Assembly (NCBI GenBank): GCA_041596515.1
Contig: JBFHIJ010000012.1
Location: forward strand, 13,078 to 77,077
DNA from: Chlorobiota bacterium
GTDB lineage: Bacteria; Bacteroidota; Ignavibacteria; Kapaibacteriales; UBA2268
DNA: 64,000 nucleotides
Direction of reading: 5' to 3'
The notes beneath the pieces are model-generated. The model had not been told where the DNA came from, ran no database searches, and was given only the letters and a program-made list of their open reading frames with translations. This document shows, piece by piece, positions 28,488 to 38,432 of this stretch. Positions within the stretch are counted from its first letter, which is position 1. The number at the start of each line of letters is the position of its first letter. The position numbers and the translations under genes are program-made.

Positions 28488-30353
28488 ATGAGATACTTTT
28501 CTTTATTAATACTTGTATGCTTAGGTCTATTGACGGTTTCTGCTCAAAACTTAGAGCAGGATACGACCCAAATAGATACACTCCGGCATGATGATGCTGC
28601 TATAAATCTTATTCGAGAAGCAGATTCGATTAGAGTTGCCGATTCTCTTTCAAAATCAAATTTAGAAAGAGAGTTGACAGAATTAAAATCTACAGAAGTC
28701 AAGAAAAGAAAAGAGCTGGAAGCTAAGCTGTCTAAAATAAGTATGCAGGATTCACTCCGACATCTTGCTATTAAAAATGAAATAGACTCTCTAAAAGGGA
28801 AAACAATCGGTTATCCTATTATTGTTGATTCTGATACTCTCTTTACAATATATACTAAAATAGGAACTGTCTCTCCTAAGGAAAGAGCTAAACTTATTAG
28901 CGTAAGGTTGGAAGATTTATATGATAAGTTTATTCCTGGTATTGATACTATAGAAATTGTGGATTATGGGCAAACAGCTGACGTTGTATTTAAGGATAAA
29001 TCTCTTATAAACATCACTGATTTTGATGAAATGTGGTATGAAAAGAGCAAAATGGCTTTAGCTCAAGATTACCAAGCAAAGATATTTTCTAATCTAATTA
29101 AATATAAGGAAAATACTAGTTTATTTACATTGCTGAAGCAGATTGGTTTGGCTCTTTTAGCTATATCAATCCAAATAGGTTTAGTGTATTTAGTGAATCT
29201 TCTTTTTAAAAGAAAAATTGATACATTAGTTGCATCTAAAAAAGATGTTTGGTTTAAGTCAATATCTATAAAAGAGCTACAGCTACTAGATGCTGAAAAA
29301 GTTACAAACGTAGCGATGTTCTTATCGAAAGCTGTTAGGTGGTTTATTAATGCATTCCAACTCTACATAACAATACCGGTATTATTCAGCATATTTCCTC
29401 CAACTCAACGATTAGCTGAAGTTTTGTTTGGATATATTTTATCACCTGTAAAAGAAATATTTACCGCGTTTTTAAACTATGTTCCAAATCTATTTACAAT
29501 CTTGGTTATAATAGGGGTTACCCGTTATATAATTAAATTTTTGCACTTCATCACTAGAGAAATAGAGAATGGGAACCTGCAAATCCCGGGTTTTTATCCT
29601 GAGTGGAGTAAAACTACATTTAATATAGTAAGGGTTCTGGTACTTGCCTTTATGTTTATTATGATATTCCCTTATCTTCCGGGTTCTGATTCTCCGGTTT
29701 TTCAGGGTGTGTCTGTATTTTTAGGTATTATTTTTTCACTCGGTTCTTCATCTGTTATTGGCAACTTGGTAGCAGGAATTGTTATGACATATATGAGACC
29801 ATTCAAAATTGGAGATAGGATTAAAATCAATGATTTAATTGGCGATGTAGTAGAAAAAACTCCGTTCGTAACACGAATAAAAACTCCTAAAAAAGAATAT
29901 ATTACTGTGCCTAATTCTAATATTTTATCGTCTAACGTAATCAATTTTAGCACTTCAAAAGAAAATGAAGGTATTATCCTTCATACCACAGTCACTATCG
30001 GTTACGATGTACCTTGGCGTAAAGTACACGAAATACTTATCAATGCAGCACTGAAAACAGATAAAATATTGAAAGATCCAAAACCATTTGTTCTCCAAAC
30101 AAGTTTGGATGATTTCTACGTTTCTTATCAAATCAATGCTTACTCGATGTTCCCAAATATGCAACCAATAATGTATTCTGAATTGCATCAGCACATACAA
30201 GATGAGTTCTTTGCAGGTGGAGTAGAAATTCTTTCACCTCATTACAGAGCCAATAGAGATGGAAATATGACAACTATCCCGGAATCATATTTACCGAAGG
30301 ATTATATTGCTCCTCCATTTAAAATTCGAATAGAAAAAGATGAAAATATTTAG
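28488..30353 (+). CDS. Mechanosensitive ion channel (MscS family) protein with a large N-terminal periplasmic/coiled-coil region
   Basis: Signal peptide, several TM helices, then the MscS core: GNLVAGIVMTYMRPFKIGDRIKINDLIGDVVEKTPFVTRIKTPKKEYITVPNSNILS. Confidence 0.85.
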   Translation: MRYFSLLILVCLGLLTVSAQNLEQDTTQIDTLRHDDAAINLIREADSIRVADSLSKSNLERELTELKSTEVKKRKELEAKLSKISMQDSLRHLAIKNEIDSLKGKTIGYPIIVDSDTLFTIYTKIGTVSPKERAKLISVRLEDLYDKFIPGIDTIEIVDYGQTADVVFKDKSLINITDFDEMWYEKSKMALAQDYQAKIFSNLIKYKENTSLFTLLKQIGLALLAISIQIGLVYLVNLLFKRKIDTLVASKKDVWFKSISIKELQLLDAEKVTNVAMFLSKAVRWFINAFQLYITIPVLFSIFPPTQRLAEVLFGYILSPVKEIFTAFLNYVPNLFTILVIIGVTRYIIKFLHFITREIENGNLQIPGFYPEWSKTTFNIVRVLVLAFMFIMIFPYLPGSDSPVFQGVSVFLGIIFSLGSSSVIGNLVAGIVMTYMRPFKIGDRIKINDLIGDVVEKTPFVTRIKTPKKEYITVPNSNILSSNVINFSTSKENEGIILHTTVTIGYDVPWRKVHEILINAALKTDKILKDPKPFVLQTSLDDFYVSYQINAYSMFPNMQPIMYSELHQHIQDEFFAGGVEILSPHYRANRDGNMTTIPESYLPKDYIAPPFKIRIEKDENI

Positions 30354-30439
30354 GCTTGCCTAAATATTTTAAAATAAGACCTATATGGTCTTCGTTTATG
30401 ATAATAAACAGATGTATTATCTCTATAAAAGAGGAAAAG

Positions 30440-31030
30440 ATGATAAAAGGACTCATGTTCGCTTTACTAATAGTTGCTTTTGGGTATACAGATGCAACAA
30501 GTGCTGACCATAAAATAAATACCGGGACAAGTGAGATTAAATGGGTTGGAAAGAAGATACTTGGGCAGCATAATGGAACTATAAAATTCAAAGATGGTCA
30601 TTTGGATTTTGATGGAAATACGTTGAAAGGTGGTGAATTTACAGTAGATATGACTTCTATAAAAGTTTTAGATATAGAAGATGCTGAATACAACAAGAAA
30701 CTAAAAGGGCACTTGGAATCGGAAGATTTCTTCTCTGTTACTTCACATAAAACAGCAAATTTTAAAATTACGAAAGTCAATAAAACAAAAACAGATAATG
30801 GCTGGTATTATTACCAAGTGATTGGTGACATGACTATCAAAGGCATTAAAAATCAGATTAAGTTTATTGCTAAAGTTAAAAAAACAGATTCAGGTGCAGA
30901 AGCTCAAGCAAAATTTGAAATAGACAGAACAAAATGGAATGTTAAATACGGGTCTACCAGTTTCTTTGATTCCTTAGGTGACAAAGCAATTTATGATGAT
31001 TTTGAGCTGGAGATTCACTTGAAAATGTAA
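30440..31030 (+). CDS. YceI family periplasmic protein
   Basis: Signal peptide MIKGLMFALLIVAFG. The sequence SEIKWVGKKILGQHNGTIKFKDGHLDF...FTVDMTSIK...LKGHLESEDFF...FEIDRTKWNV matches the YceI pattern. The track ORF starts at a TTG at 30356. The ATG at 30440, preceded by AGAGGAAAAG, is more plausible. Confidence 0.8.
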   Translation: MIKGLMFALLIVAFGYTDATSADHKINTGTSEIKWVGKKILGQHNGTIKFKDGHLDFDGNTLKGGEFTVDMTSIKVLDIEDAEYNKKLKGHLESEDFFSVTSHKTANFKITKVNKTKTDNGWYYYQVIGDMTIKGIKNQIKFIAKVKKTDSGAEAQAKFEIDRTKWNVKYGSTSFFDSLGDKAIYDDFELEIHLKM

Positions 31031-31060
31031 TTAGTTATTTGCTAATTATTGTGATTATTT

Positions 31061-31088
31061 ATAGGCTGTCTAAATTTAGGCAGCCTAT
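31061..31088 (+). terminator. Hairpin downstream of the yceI-like gene
   Basis: ATAGGCTGTCTAAA / TTTAGGCAGCCTAT is a near-perfect long stem with one G-T pair. The tail is AT-rich but not a clean T-run. Confidence 0.5.
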
Positions 31089-31195
31089 AATATTATATAT
31101 AGAAACTTTTTTAGCTTGGAAGTGTCAATTATATTGAGCAAAATCTTGTTATAAGTGTAAATAAAGAAGAAAGAATATATCATATTGAGGATGCT

Positions 31196-34100
31196 ATGAA
31201 ATTAAAATATTTACTTCTAATAATATCGATTTGTGTTATAGATTTATCCGCTGATAATGTTTATCAATTTTCTTTATCTAATGATTTTGATGTGTCTTCA
31301 GAAAATTCGTTTGTAGATAATAATCAATATTTTGCTACTCCTGATAATAATTTGTTTCAAATCGAAGTGCTTGATGTAAAATATAATCCGGTAGAATCTA
31401 TTGCTCCTGTGTTTCGGGAAAGGCAGGAACTTTGGTTTAGTGATGCAGTCTATAGATTGCATAAACAAGGTATCAAAAGACATATAGAGCTCGCAAGGGT
31501 AGAGTTCCCTTTATTCAAGTCTGGCCAGTCAGGTGACTCTATTCTTAGTGAGTGCACGTATAAGATTAATTATGGTATGGATTTGCCAAAAAAAGAAGCA
31601 AAATTAAATAAATACCAACTTGGAGCTTTCTCGGAAATTCAAAATATAGATGATCTTCCACGACTGATTGCATTTATCGGAAGTAAGAATAAGGACCGTA
31701 AGCTATCAAATGAAAACTGGATAGATCCTAATTTAGAATATCTGAAAATTAATACTAAAGAAGATGGTATAGCTTCAATATCAACTGATAATATACTTAG
31801 CCTTATGCCTAATTGGGAGGGGCGTGCTGTTAGTGAGTTCCAACTGTTATATAAAGGCATAAAGCACCCTATTTATTTTAACTCTTCTTTTCTTTCTAAA
31901 GGAGATTTTATCTATTTCCAGTCAAGCCGAGCTTATGGCGATACGACTTGGTATGATAATTATGCAGGCGAAGAGCCGTTTTTCTTAGTCAGAAATACAA
32001 ATGATACTCCGGAATTATATAACAAATTTCAGTTTGCTTCTAATCCTAGTACAATAATAGATAAAGTAAAAATCAAAAACCAAATCGAAAAAGAAAAAGA
32101 GTATAGCTTTGGAGATACTGTATATTCACACTATACCTTACCATTTGAAGGCTGGTACTGGCATATCTTTGATAAATATGGTAAGCCTGGAAACATTGAT
32201 TTAAAGAGATTTAAATATAATTTGGTAACAACTCCGGCAGATGATCCACTATCACTAAAAATTAGATATAATACTCAACTTAATTATGATGCTTCTCGTT
32301 CTGATTTTGGCATATCATTGAGACTGAATAACCAAGTACATGATTCAGTGTATGTGCAAGCTTTGGGGGAAGGTTTTTTAGAAAATAGTTCTACGTACCG
32401 ACTTACACCCGGAGCAACTACTATAGAAGTAAGAGCAATAGGCATAAAAGATGATATTGGTCGAGTAGGTATAGACTATATGGTGCTTTCTGGAAATGTA
32501 AAACCTTTTGCTTATGAAGGTAAAGCAGAATTTTCCATATCGAAACAAACTTCAGATTTTTCTTTATCAGTACCTGGGTTTAGCAGTGAAGACATTTTTA
32601 TTATAGATACCATATCAGGTTCAATAGCCACTGTAAAAGGTATATCGGGTACTTCTTTTCGTGTAAGTGCCCAAAATAATCAGGTGACACATGCTTCGAT
32701 TGTTATAAATGACAGCATATATACTTCAGAGGAAGCAGGTGTGCATATTGTTACTATGGATGATAACGGTAATTGGGAAAAGTCATTTTATACTCCTGGT
32801 ATAGAAGAAGCTGCAAGCGTTATTGATGCAATTCAATCAAAAAGTTTTGCAATATGTATAAATAAGTTTCCAATTGCAGATAAGATAAAAAATGCCTTGC
32901 AAGCTTTGGGAGCCTCTACAATACCTGTGGCATCTAATAAAACCTATATCTTTTATGGGAAAAAAGGTAAAGAACTGTATGAAAAAGAGAGTAATTTAAC
33001 TGTAGGAGATTCTAAGTTTTTAGCTCATGCTAAAGGGATGTCATTTCAGTCAGACTTAAATTTAAAGGCAAACAAAGATTATCATCTAATCCTGACTGAT
33101 AAAGTTCATTCAGATAAAGGAAAATTGTATAATGTCGAAAAACCGGATATTCTTGCAAAAGATAAAGATTATAAAGCAATTGTACTGACACATACTGATT
33201 TGTTACCTTCTGCTATTGCATATAAAGAATATAGAGCTAATCAAAATGTAGATGTAAAAATTGTTGATGTAAATAATATCTATAACAGATACAATTACGG
33301 TAAAAAGTCTCCCCATGCGATTAAAGAGTATCTTCGAGATATTTATACATCATGGGAAACTCCTTTGCCTACACATGTTGTAATTATTGGTGATGCAAGC
33401 TGGGATAATAGAGACGTTATGGGGCTGAATAAAGCTAATGACTTTGTGCCGGCTTATGGTTGGCCTGTTACAGACTACTGGTATGTTGTTTTAGATGGCT
33501 CTGTAGATCAGATTGGAGACTTTGCAATTGGCAGAATCCCTGTTAATGATAATCAGGAAATGCTAAATTATATCCAAAAAATTAAGTCTTACGAAAATGC
33601 TACAAAAGCACCTTGGATGAAAAGATTTCTACATCTAAGTGGAGGTGATGGTAAAAATGAAATTGATTATGTTTTCTCCAAATCGATAATGCACGGTATA
33701 CTTCTTCACCAAGAACCAATTTGTGCTGATACTACACATATCATTAAGCCTGTGGGAGACATTGTTAGTGAAGCAGTAGCATCAAAGATTAAGAATGAAA
33801 TCAATAACGGAGTAAATTTTGTTACATTTTTTGGACATGGTTCCCCTGAAGTTTTAGATATTGAAGGATGGCAAGTAGAAAAATTAAGTAATCAAGATAG
33901 ATACTTTGGTCTTCTTACTCTAGCCTGTAATGCAGGAGCATTTGCCGAACCATCTCTAATAAAATGTAGAAACGAATCTTATGTTACTGCTAAAAATAAA
34001 GGTGCAATAGTTGCTATAGGAGGCACTGGTGTCGGTATTATGATTAACGTAGATAAATGGGCTAAAAGACAGTGGGAAGGTTTAATTCGTAGCAATACAA

Positions 34101-36814
34101 ATATTAGAAATTTCGGTGAATTAGTTGCGTATCCTAAAGCAACTTTAGATTTAATCCCTGAGTATATTGGTTTGCGTTTCCAGACGAACTTGCTTGGAGA
34201 TCCATTGGTAGACATGAGATTGGGCAAAACCCCTGATCCATACCTAAGTAATAATTATATTAATATTAAAAATGACAATGGAACCCGAGAATTTACCGAT
34301 GAAAATAACTATTTAGTTGTTTCCGGTGAAATCTATAATTATGGTATTGCTTATCTTGATTCTGTCAAACTTAGACTTACTTATATGTATGAGGGCTCTG
34401 AAGAAACAAAAGACATACAGTACATATCTATTCTTAATTCCAGAGATTTCAGCTTTAATATCCCTATTAAAGATAAACCCGGTAAATATAATATTAAACT
34501 GGAAGTAGATCCGGAAAGACTAATTGAAAAAGATGATTTGAGCAATAACATTTTATTCTTTGATGTGAATGTCTTCAAAAGGGGCTTATTACCTTTAGAA
34601 CCATTGTCTTACTGGAATATTAATCCGGATAATCCTACATTTCGCTTTATTAATCCTCTTCAGGGGAATTATAATTATAAATTTGTAGTCAGCGAAAATA
34701 GGGGAGATACCATTAATACACTTGCCAGTTCACTACTTGAAGAAATAGAAGAAAAAGAAAACTTTATTCTATGGAATTCCAAAGTGAGTTTAACTAAGAA
34801 CAGTAATTATTGGATAGGTGCTAAACCGATAAGTGATAATTCGGATAACCCTGAAGCCGACTGGCTCTGGATACCTGCCCATGCACAGACTGTAAATGCT
34901 AATGTTGCTAACTTCTCAAAAAAAGCAAATAATTTAGATGCTCATTATTTTAAGAATATCGAATATTTGAACGATAATAACAATAGTAGGGTGCAGCTGG
35001 AAGATAAAGAATCTGATTTCTATATTGTGTCAGTAAAAGGCTATAATGTAGATGGTGTAAATAATAGATGGGTAACTCTGACTGTCGATAATCAAACTTA
35101 TATTGATATATGGAGTGCTCGTGGATTTAACGTAGTTACTTATCCAAAATACGTAGATGATGGGAAACCACGTTATAAACGCTTTGATTGCTACAGACCT
35201 GATGTTAATAGTGATGAAAACCTTGAAAATGTATATGCCTTGCATAGCTTCCTACGCGATTCAGTTAGGAATGATGAGTATTTAGCAATAGCTACTTGCG
35301 ATAATTCACTAGCTTGGCAAGAATACTTACATCAACATAAACCTGATGACGTGGGAAGTTTAGATACTTTGAAAAAATTACTTAAAATGTATGGTGCACA
35401 TCTGGTTGACTCATTACATTCGCAGACCTCTTATGCTCTATTCTCATGGAAAGGTGCCTCGGAGAGTGAGGCAGTCGAGTCCATAAATATGAATAGAGAC
35501 ACTGCTATGATTCAAGGAAATATTAAATTGTATCAGAAAGCAGGGACATTTAGTTCAGAGAAGATAGGTCCTGCTCACAATTGGAATAACTTAATGATAA
35601 ACAGCCGAGATAATGAGTATTCAGATGTTAGTGTTATCTTATATGATACTCTCAATGTTTCATCGATTTATGGAGAATACCCTTTAAATAAAGAGATAGA
35701 TCTTTCTGATATAAATTCTGTGCTATATCCATACATATCTTACGAAGTTAGCTTAAAAAGGAATGATACAAAGGAAAATCCATTTGTAACTGATATTGAA
35801 CTGGAATACAGCCCTTCTCCGGAATTAGCAGTTATAAATTCGACATTCGAACTTGACAAATATGAGATTATGCGCGGATATCCTAATTCGAGTCGTATTA
35901 CTGTAGAAAATATATCCGGAAGGTCTGCTATAACAGAATCTGAAGTGTCTATAGGTATTTATAAAAACCAGTCTATAGCCGAACAATCTTTTGAGAAGTT
36001 AGTTAATATGCCGGTAGATGCTTCTAAAAATATCGAAAAAATATTTGAAACTGAAGCACTTACTGAAAACAACGAAATTAAAATAGAAGCTAATCCATAT
36101 AAAAAGTTTTTTACAGAATTATATTCATTTAACAATGCTGCTGCAAAGGAATTTCACGTAGTGGAAGACTCACTGCGTCCTACAGCCATAATTCTAGCAG
36201 ATGAGAATGTAATAGGTAACCACAGCTATGTATCTGCGAACCCGCTCTTTGAGCTAAGAGTTTTTGATAATTCACCACTTGATTTCTCTGAAGGTATAGA
36301 ACCTGCGTTAAGGTTGAACGGTAAATTCTATACAGAAGAAAATTCTCAATTTTACAATTTGGAATTTGTGCAAGATAGTGAAGAGAACTTAAAAGCTGTA
36401 CTGCAAGTGCGACCTGATACTATTACTTATGAGGAGTCTTTGCTGATTGCATATATGATGGATGCCACTGGCAATAGAGATACTGTCGAATATTTCTTAA
36501 ATACTATCAATCAATCAAAAATTCAAGCAGTTGCAGCCTCCCCAAATCCATTTACAGATAAGACTCAGCTTTCTTTCAATTTGCTGGCAGCTTTTTCTGA
36601 CGGCTATGCAGAGATAACAATTTTCAATGCTGAAGGTATAAAAGTTAAACAGCTTAGGTTAGACAATCTGAAAGTGGGGCAAAACAGTGTGGAGTGGGAC
36701 GGAACTGACAATAATGGCCTATATCTTCCGAGTGGGGCATATTTCTTCAGTGTCTTCCGCAAAGGAGATTATTATACGGAAGAGTCCTATGGAAAAGTTA
36801 TCTTGGTAAGATAA
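31196..36814 (+). CDS. Giant secreted C25 (gingipain-like) cysteine peptidase family protein with T9SS C-terminal sorting domain
   Basis: Signal peptide MKLKYLLLIISICVIDLSA. The C25 core reads HVVIIGDASWDNRD...DFAIGRIPV...KIKSYE...FVTFFGHGSPEV (catalytic His context)...LLTLACNAGAF (catalytic Cys context). CARDB-like modules follow (KLEVDPERLIEKDDLSNN). The C-terminus is ASPNPFTDKTQLSFNL...ITIFNAEGIKVKQL...WDGTDNNGLYLPSGAYFFSV (Por_Secre_tail/FlgD-Ig-like). Confidence 0.8.
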   Translation: MKLKYLLLIISICVIDLSADNVYQFSLSNDFDVSSENSFVDNNQYFATPDNNLFQIEVLDVKYNPVESIAPVFRERQELWFSDAVYRLHKQGIKRHIELARVEFPLFKSGQSGDSILSECTYKINYGMDLPKKEAKLNKYQLGAFSEIQNIDDLPRLIAFIGSKNKDRKLSNENWIDPNLEYLKINTKEDGIASISTDNILSLMPNWEGRAVSEFQLLYKGIKHPIYFNSSFLSKGDFIYFQSSRAYGDTTWYDNYAGEEPFFLVRNTNDTPELYNKFQFASNPSTIIDKVKIKNQIEKEKEYSFGDTVYSHYTLPFEGWYWHIFDKYGKPGNIDLKRFKYNLVTTPADDPLSLKIRYNTQLNYDASRSDFGISLRLNNQVHDSVYVQALGEGFLENSSTYRLTPGATTIEVRAIGIKDDIGRVGIDYMVLSGNVKPFAYEGKAEFSISKQTSDFSLSVPGFSSEDIFIIDTISGSIATVKGISGTSFRVSAQNNQVTHASIVINDSIYTSEEAGVHIVTMDDNGNWEKSFYTPGIEEAASVIDAIQSKSFAICINKFPIADKIKNALQALGASTIPVASNKTYIFYGKKGKELYEKESNLTVGDSKFLAHAKGMSFQSDLNLKANKDYHLILTDKVHSDKGKLYNVEKPDILAKDKDYKAIVLTHTDLLPSAIAYKEYRANQNVDVKIVDVNNIYNRYNYGKKSPHAIKEYLRDIYTSWETPLPTHVVIIGDASWDNRDVMGLNKANDFVPAYGWPVTDYWYVVLDGSVDQIGDFAIGRIPVNDNQEMLNYIQKIKSYENATKAPWMKRFLHLSGGDGKNEIDYVFSKSIMHGILLHQEPICADTTHIIKPVGDIVSEAVASKIKNEINNGVNFVTFFGHGSPEVLDIEGWQVEKLSNQDRYFGLLTLACNAGAFAEPSLIKCRNESYVTAKNKGAIVAIGGTGVGIMINVDKWAKRQWEGLIRSNTNIRNFGELVAYPKATLDLIPEYIGLRFQTNLLGDPLVDMRLGKTPDPYLSNNYINIKNDNGTREFTDENNYLVVSGEIYNYGIAYLDSVKLRLTYMYEGSEETKDIQYISILNSRDFSFNIPIKDKPGKYNIKLEVDPERLIEKDDLSNNILFFDVNVFKRGLLPLEPLSYWNINPDNPTFRFINPLQGNYNYKFVVSENRGDTINTLASSLLEEIEEKENFILWNSKVSLTKNSNYWIGAKPISDNSDNPEADWLWIPAHAQTVNANVANFSKKANNLDAHYFKNIEYLNDNNNSRVQLEDKESDFYIVSVKGYNVDGVNNRWVTLTVDNQTYIDIWSARGFNVVTYPKYVDDGKPRYKRFDCYRPDVNSDENLENVYALHSFLRDSVRNDEYLAIATCDNSLAWQEYLHQHKPDDVGSLDTLKKLLKMYGAHLVDSLHSQTSYALFSWKGASESEAVESINMNRDTAMIQGNIKLYQKAGTFSSEKIGPAHNWNNLMINSRDNEYSDVSVILYDTLNVSSIYGEYPLNKEIDLSDINSVLYPYISYEVSLKRNDTKENPFVTDIELEYSPSPELAVINSTFELDKYEIMRGYPNSSRITVENISGRSAITESEVSIGIYKNQSIAEQSFEKLVNMPVDASKNIEKIFETEALTENNEIKIEANPYKKFFTELYSFNNAAAKEFHVVEDSLRPTAIILADENVIGNHSYVSANPLFELRVFDNSPLDFSEGIEPALRLNGKFYTEENSQFYNLEFVQDSEENLKAVLQVRPDTITYEESLLIAYMMDATGNRDTVEYFLNTINQSKIQAVAASPNPFTDKTQLSFNLLAAFSDGYAEITIFNAEGIKVKQLRLDNLKVGQNSVEWDGTDNNGLYLPSGAYFFSVFRKGDYYTEESYGKVILVR

Positions 36815-36841
36815 TCTACTAAAACATATAAATTAGATTAA

Positions 36842-36878
36842 GAGGCTCATAGTTTTTATGGGCTTCTTCTTTTTTTTA
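36842..36878 (+). terminator. Rho-independent terminator after the C25 peptidase gene
   Basis: Stem GAGGCTCATA / TATGGGCTTC has two G-T wobble pairs. It is followed by CTTCTTTTTTTT. Confidence 0.7.
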
Positions 36879-37016
36879 AATACTCTTAATCGGTGGCGTT
36901 ATAGATGTTTACTCTGTAACCCACTGAAATTATAATGTTAGAACAAAACTTCTATCTCTAAATTAATAGTAACAACTCTGAAAAGCAAACTATTTTCTTT
37001 TGAGTTTAAAGTAAGT

Positions 37017-37055
37017 AAAATAAAAGGAACTGCTTCAAAACAAACAGTTCCTTTT
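37017..37055 (-). terminator. Rho-independent terminator after the PLP-enzyme gene
   Basis: Stem AAAGGAACTG / CAGTTCCTTT with a 12-nt loop. The minus strand continues with TTTTATTTT. Confidence 0.75.
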
Positions 37056-37081
37056 CAATAATAATTTATCACAAACAGAAA

Positions 37082-38281
37082 TTATAACATACCAACTTCT
37101 TTAAGGCATGCTTTGATTCTGTCAACTGTGTCCTGAGGGTTGTTGTCCAAGCCCATAGAGAATCTAACCAAGCCCGGAGTCATACCCATCTCATCTTGCT
37201 CTTCTTGTGGAATTTCAGAAGAAGTTGAGCTTCCCGGAGCAGAGAACAATGTTTTATAGAAACCAAGAGACACTGCAAAGAAACCGATTTTAGCTTCTTG
37301 CATTTTAATAAGCAAGCTGTTTGCTTTTTCTGCAGTTTTACAGTCGATAGTAATCATTCCGCTATAGCCGTACTCAGGATTAATCATAGATTTGATTAAT
37401 TCATGCTGCGGGTGAGAAGGTAGACCAGGGTAGAATACTTTGATACCTGCCTTTTCCAATTCACCTGCTACGTGCATTGCGTTTGCACTGTGTTGTTTCA
37501 TTCTGATATGTAATGTTCTTAAGTTCTTTAAGATAGAAGTAGAACGCAATGGATCTATAACCGGACCCAAAAGCATAGCAGCACCATCTACAACACTTTT
37601 CATGCTTGAGATAAAGTCATGATCACCACAAACAGCACCTGCTGTAGCATCATTAGTACCATTGATATATTTAGTCATAGAGTAAACTACGATGTGAGCA
37701 CCTAACTCTTTAGGACTAACAACCATAGGAGAGAAAGTGTTATCTACAACTAATTTGCAACCATATTTATCTGCAAGTTTACGAAGGTTTGGCAAATCAG
37801 CTATTTCAAGCAAAGGATTGCTAATAGTTTCGCAATAAATAACTTTTGTATTTTCAGTGATAGCTTCTTCAATAGCTTTTAAATCAGTAATATTAACAAA
37901 AGTAGTATTGATATTATAACCCGGAGCAAAGTTTTTCAAAAATGCATAAGTACCACCATAGATTGTTCTTGAAGAAACAATATGGTCGCCGGCTTTACAG
38001 AGTTGCATCAGACAAGAAGTGATTGCACCCATGCCACTGCCCATAACTTGAGCGTCTTCAGTGTTTTCGATTTTAGCCAAAGCAGCTGATAAAAACATAT
38101 TTGTTGGGTTCAAGTGACGAGAGTAAAGGAAACAACCTTCGACTTCTTCGCTGAAAAGTTGTTGCATTTTTTCAGTCGTCATGAAAGTAAAAGTTGCAGA
38201 ATCAGTAATAGAAGGGTTAACACCACCAAACTCACCAAACACTTGATAATCTTGCAATCTCATAGCAGGATCTTTATGCAT
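37082..38281 (-). CDS. Cys/Met-metabolism PLP-dependent enzyme (methionine gamma-lyase / cystathionine gamma-synthase family)
   Basis: YSRHLNPT, GSGMGAI, DNTF and the PLP-lysine context YSMTKYINGTND. About 399 aa. A strong SD (AAGGAG) precedes the ATG. Confidence 0.8.
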   Translation of the reverse strand: MHKDPAMRLQDYQVFGEFGGVNPSITDSATFTFMTTEKMQQLFSEEVEGCFLYSRHLNPTNMFLSAALAKIENTEDAQVMGSGMGAITSCLMQLCKAGDHIVSSRTIYGGTYAFLKNFAPGYNINTTFVNITDLKAIEEAITENTKVIYCETISNPLLEIADLPNLRKLADKYGCKLVVDNTFSPMVVSPKELGAHIVVYSMTKYINGTNDATAGAVCGDHDFISSMKSVVDGAAMLLGPVIDPLRSTSILKNLRTLHIRMKQHSANAMHVAGELEKAGIKVFYPGLPSHPQHELIKSMINPEYGYSGMITIDCKTAEKANSLLIKMQEAKIGFFAVSLGFYKTLFSAPGSSTSSEIPQEEQDEMGMTPGLVRFSMGLDNNPQDTVDRIKACLKEVGML

Positions 38282-38432
38282 AATTTTCTCCTTAAGTACT
38301 AAAGCTTTATAAAATAATATTTCTTTTCAAAAAGTAAGAGCAAAATTGCTAAAAATACTGCTATAAAACAAGAGCTAAGAAAATAATTTTATATAATATT
38401 TCGTTTTTTACAGGGTTTCTTGATATGCCAAA

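Noticed and set aside
30356-30439. N-terminal extensions in the ORF track: the yceI-like gene from a TTG at 30356, the DUF3078 gene to 27519, the thioredoxin gene from 47708, and the M16 gene to 19555.
   Set aside because: The extensions precede clear signal peptides or conserved N-termini, lack RBS support, and in places overlap neighbouring genes. Internal ATGs with better context were used instead.
38282-38432. A possible SAM or other riboswitch upstream of the Cys/Met PLP enzyme.
   Set aside because: The 150-bp leader is extremely AT-rich and shows no conserved helices or the GC-rich junctions of SAM riboswitch classes. Only a strong AAGGAG Shine-Dalgarno motif is evident.
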